Positions 61,096 to 64,000 of a stretch of DNA of 64,000 nt are shown piece after piece. Numbering within the stretch: the stretch's first letter is position 1; every line of letters begins with the position of its first letter. The stretch lies in contig CAWFGE010000013.1 in assembly GCA_963815195.1 (NCBI GenBank), positions 96,001 through 160,000 on the forward strand, read 5' to 3'. Source of the DNA: an uncultured Planctomycetaceae bacterium (GTDB lineage: Bacteria; Planctomycetota; Planctomycetia; Planctomycetales; Planctomycetaceae). Under the pieces are notes generated by a model. That model was not told where the DNA came from. It did not search any database and worked only from the letters and a program-made list of their open reading frames with translations. The translations under genes were made by a program, and so were the position numbers.

Positions 61096-63762
61096 TTACT
61101 CTTTCGCGGCGTCGAGTTCCAATTCCAGATGGGTGGACAGCGTGGTGCGGTCGATGTTGAAGTCAAGCTTCAATTGATGAAATCCGCTTAATGCCGGGAA
61201 GGTATAGCCCGCCGGAATCTTTTGGATCGAATGATAGCTCGGATGTTTCCACGCCGAGGAGACCCAAACCGGGAAGCCGCGGTCATCTTGAGTTAACTGA
61301 TATTCGCCCCCCAATCGGCAGACGGGCTCGGCTCCGAGGATGTCTTTCGCCACCTTGAGCGCCTGTTTTGGATCGACCTGAAGCTGCTGGGTGAGCACCT
61401 GCAAGAACCGCGCGTTCCCCGCGGAAGCCCGGCGGGCCCGCAAATAGGAATGGGCGCTCATGATCTTCGCGATTTGCGTGTCCGCCAGGCGATTGACCCA
61501 CACCCGCAGCTGCGCGGGCGGATCGGCCCCTTCCATTTTTAGATTCGTGCGGATCTCCTCCTGGTCCGCGGCATCGTAGGGGTAGAAAAATATCGAAGCC
61601 TTCGCGAGCGATTTTTCTTGACCGGGATTCGCGGCGGCTTCGTTTTGCTTGTCTTTGTCGGCTTGTTCGGGATTGATTTCGAACTGGGACAATAAGCCGT
61701 AATAAATCGGCGGCGTGATCGTTTCGAAAACCTGGCCGTGCTCGATCTGGAATTTCAAATCGGACGCGGGCACGTCCCGGACGCCCGCAAAACCGAACTG
61801 CTTTTGCAGAAATCCCCGCTGCCCGAAGTTGATCGTCACCTGGGCCAGGTCGCCGGCGAGCGGAACGAGCCGCCAAGGCGTCGCCGGTCCCAAGCTGTCG
61901 GCGAGCGACTGATAATGCCGGCGGGCATAGGGCGTGATGTGCACATCGACCGAAATGCGCTCGCGGCCGCCCTGGGCGGGTTCGCGTTTGATGGCCAGCA
62001 TCGCCGGGTCCATCCGCTCCCATTGGCTGCGATAAAACCGCGAGAACTCTTCGTAGGCCCGGAGCTCCGAGTCGGTCAGCTCATCCACATCGACGTCGGC
62101 CACGGGCAAAAACGCGCCCCGGGCCCCGCGGAGGCTGTCGGCGATCCGGCCGTTCTCCAGCACCGTATGGCTGCCGTCCGGTCGGGTCAGAAAATCCTTG
62201 GGCAAAAAGCCCCCATCCATGAGTTGATGGATCGTTCGATGCTCCGCGTCTTCGGCCGTGGCCGCGAGTTGGGCCAGATGCACGAGTTCGATCTCGGCGA
62301 GGGCCTGCATGCGGCGGGTCATCTCCACCCGGTACTTCGGCCCCACGAACTGGCGGAAGAACAAATCGGACAGATACACAAAACAGGCATCGTCCCGCGA
62401 GGCGGGCATCAGATGCCTGGCGTACAAAAACTCGTCCAAACCGGCGAGCGAATCATCGCCTTGGCCGGCTTCGTAAAACCGCCGCACGATTTCCCGCGAG
62501 GTCGAGACCAAATGGTAATTCCCGTCCACGGCATAAAATGCGCGGATGGTGTTGTCGGGCGTGGAAAGAAACGACACCTCGTGCCCCGCGATGCGTTCGG
62601 TCTTGTGCCGGGCCGCGGGTTCCGCGGCTTGGATTTCCTTTCGCAGGCGGTCGAGTTGAACCTTGAGGAGCGAGGAATTGCGGGCTTCGAAAATGATGCC
62701 GATGGACGCCCCTTCGCGGACAAACGTGTCGGTCCCGACGATTGCGACATCGGAGATCAGCGTGTCGCCGAACAGCTTGGAGAGCAGCGTTTCCTTGAGG
62801 GCGAGTTGATGTTCGAGCTCGTCGCGAATGCCATAGTTCCAGCCGCGAAGCGCGGTGAGGTCGCGGGCCATCGCCCCCCAATGCGTGAGGTTCGAACGAA
62901 GCCACTCGAAGTTCTTGAAGTTTCCGCAGCGGACGTAAAAGCACTCGGCGGGGACATGCCCGGCGATCGGTTCGGCGGTGACTTGGGATTTATCGAACTT
63001 GGGCAGCGTGATCGCCGGCGGGGCGGCGGCTTTGGGCAGTTTTCGCGTCGTCGGCTCGTCGCGGCGGGTGTGACGCAGCACCGTGTCGCGCTGCATGGCG
63101 ACGCGAATCGACTCCGCCCCCAACAACAACCCGAACGCCGAGTCCACATCGCTGCGGCCGGACCAGGGGTTGGACAACTGCGGGGGCGTGAGATCCAACC
63201 GCTTTGCGAGCATTGTCACCAGGTAGTTCTCGATCTGCGGCGGATAGGCGTCGAGTTCCGCGCGCTTCTGCACCGCGTAAACATAGCGGTTCCACCATTC
63301 GCGGAGCAATTTTTTGTGCGACTGTTCATCGGCATCCGGCCGGGGCGTCAAGGTTTTCTCGACCGTTTGCCCGTCCGGCAATCGCCAGGTGAGTTTCAGC
63401 GGGTCTTTGCCTTGGAACAGGAAGAAGGCCTCGATCGTGCTCGCATTGTGCGGCCGGTCGGCTTGCGACCAGTCTTCGCCTTCGCCGTCGGACAGGGGAA
63501 ACACCGGGTAAAGCAGCGTTTGTTTCTCCGCCGTCAACCGGGACCACGGACGGTCCGGCAGAATCGGAAACCGCCCCGCCTTGGCCGTGACCTTCAAATG
63601 CCCCACACTGTAGGGTTCCCCCCAAATCGCCTCCGCGGTGATTTGATCTTTCTCAATCTGCACGGCCCCTTCATCCGCGGCACGGGCAGAAGCCGTCCCC
63701 AAAAGGCCGAGTAAAATCGCAGGCATCAACATCCGCACGGACCGCGATGAGAAGAGATTCAT
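61096..63762 (-). CDS. Large secreted protein of unknown function
   Basis: GGAG RBS, signal peptide ending ARA, 888-aa open frame with GC-rich third positions. The longer ORF call starts inside a REPIN. Confidence 0.8.
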   Translation of the reverse strand: MNLFSSRSVRMLMPAILLGLLGTASARAADEGAVQIEKDQITAEAIWGEPYSVGHLKVTAKAGRFPILPDRPWSRLTAEKQTLLYPVFPLSDGEGEDWSQADRPHNASTIEAFFLFQGKDPLKLTWRLPDGQTVEKTLTPRPDADEQSHKKLLREWWNRYVYAVQKRAELDAYPPQIENYLVTMLAKRLDLTPPQLSNPWSGRSDVDSAFGLLLGAESIRVAMQRDTVLRHTRRDEPTTRKLPKAAAPPAITLPKFDKSQVTAEPIAGHVPAECFYVRCGNFKNFEWLRSNLTHWGAMARDLTALRGWNYGIRDELEHQLALKETLLSKLFGDTLISDVAIVGTDTFVREGASIGIIFEARNSSLLKVQLDRLRKEIQAAEPAARHKTERIAGHEVSFLSTPDNTIRAFYAVDGNYHLVSTSREIVRRFYEAGQGDDSLAGLDEFLYARHLMPASRDDACFVYLSDLFFRQFVGPKYRVEMTRRMQALAEIELVHLAQLAATAEDAEHRTIHQLMDGGFLPKDFLTRPDGSHTVLENGRIADSLRGARGAFLPVADVDVDELTDSELRAYEEFSRFYRSQWERMDPAMLAIKREPAQGGRERISVDVHITPYARRHYQSLADSLGPATPWRLVPLAGDLAQVTINFGQRGFLQKQFGFAGVRDVPASDLKFQIEHGQVFETITPPIYYGLLSQFEINPEQADKDKQNEAAANPGQEKSLAKASIFFYPYDAADQEEIRTNLKMEGADPPAQLRVWVNRLADTQIAKIMSAHSYLRARRASAGNARFLQVLTQQLQVDPKQALKVAKDILGAEPVCRLGGEYQLTQDDRGFPVWVSSAWKHPSYHSIQKIPAGYTFPALSGFHQLKLDFNIDRTTLSTHLELELDAAKE

Positions 63763-63871
63763 AGTTCCCACTCCTTGCCAGAGGCTGTTTTCAAGACACC
63801 GAATCGTCGCCGGGGTTATCAACCTATACCCGGTGAGACGGTGTCGGGTTTCGAGAGATCGGGCGCGGCTC

Positions 63872-63974
63872 CGGCGATAGCCGCCGGTTTTTGTGAGCGG
63901 CACGGCGCTAGCCGCCGGCCTTGTGATATCCAAATTTCCATTGAAAAGGCCGGGGGCTAGCGCGCTTCCGCTCA
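63872..63974. repeat. Composite REPIN (GCTAGC family)
   Basis: Shares arms and the spacer ccttgt(g/c)atatccaaatttcc(a/g)ttgaa with 10186-10288. Confidence 0.85.
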
Positions 63975-64000
63975 CATTTTGCGGCTTCGCGCAACTTCAA

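Overview
High-GC bacterial chromosome segment, very probably from a Planctomycetota (Planctomycetaceae-like) genome. The assignment rests on a DUF1501 + planctomycete cytochrome c/PSD1 pair, an SHD1-repeat protein and a small BON-like protein. The window holds about 45 coding regions. Housekeeping genes include phoH, lhr, plsY, proC, xth, pyrC, ald and nadC. There is also an ABC-transporter/DUF3299 cluster with two secreted CxxC proteins (a candidate metal-handling system) and a partial Tad pilus locus. No rRNA, tRNA, CRISPR array, transposase or integrase was seen. About ten genes are split by small indels, most likely long-read errors, so single-base claims need read-level confirmation. Intergenic DNA is crowded with several REP/REPIN-like families. 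The most striking structure is a transposase-less element at 40933-41975 with terminal inverted repeats built from 9-bp units, an apparent 3-bp TCA target duplication and two tandem four-helix-bundle genes. It sits exactly at a reconstructable GTGA stop/start overlap of the Tad operon, and its end supplies the downstream start codon. A second cassette bracketed by 9-bp-period inverted repeats (14744-15565) carries a different, lower-GC gene. All product names come from my recognition of motifs, not from database searches.
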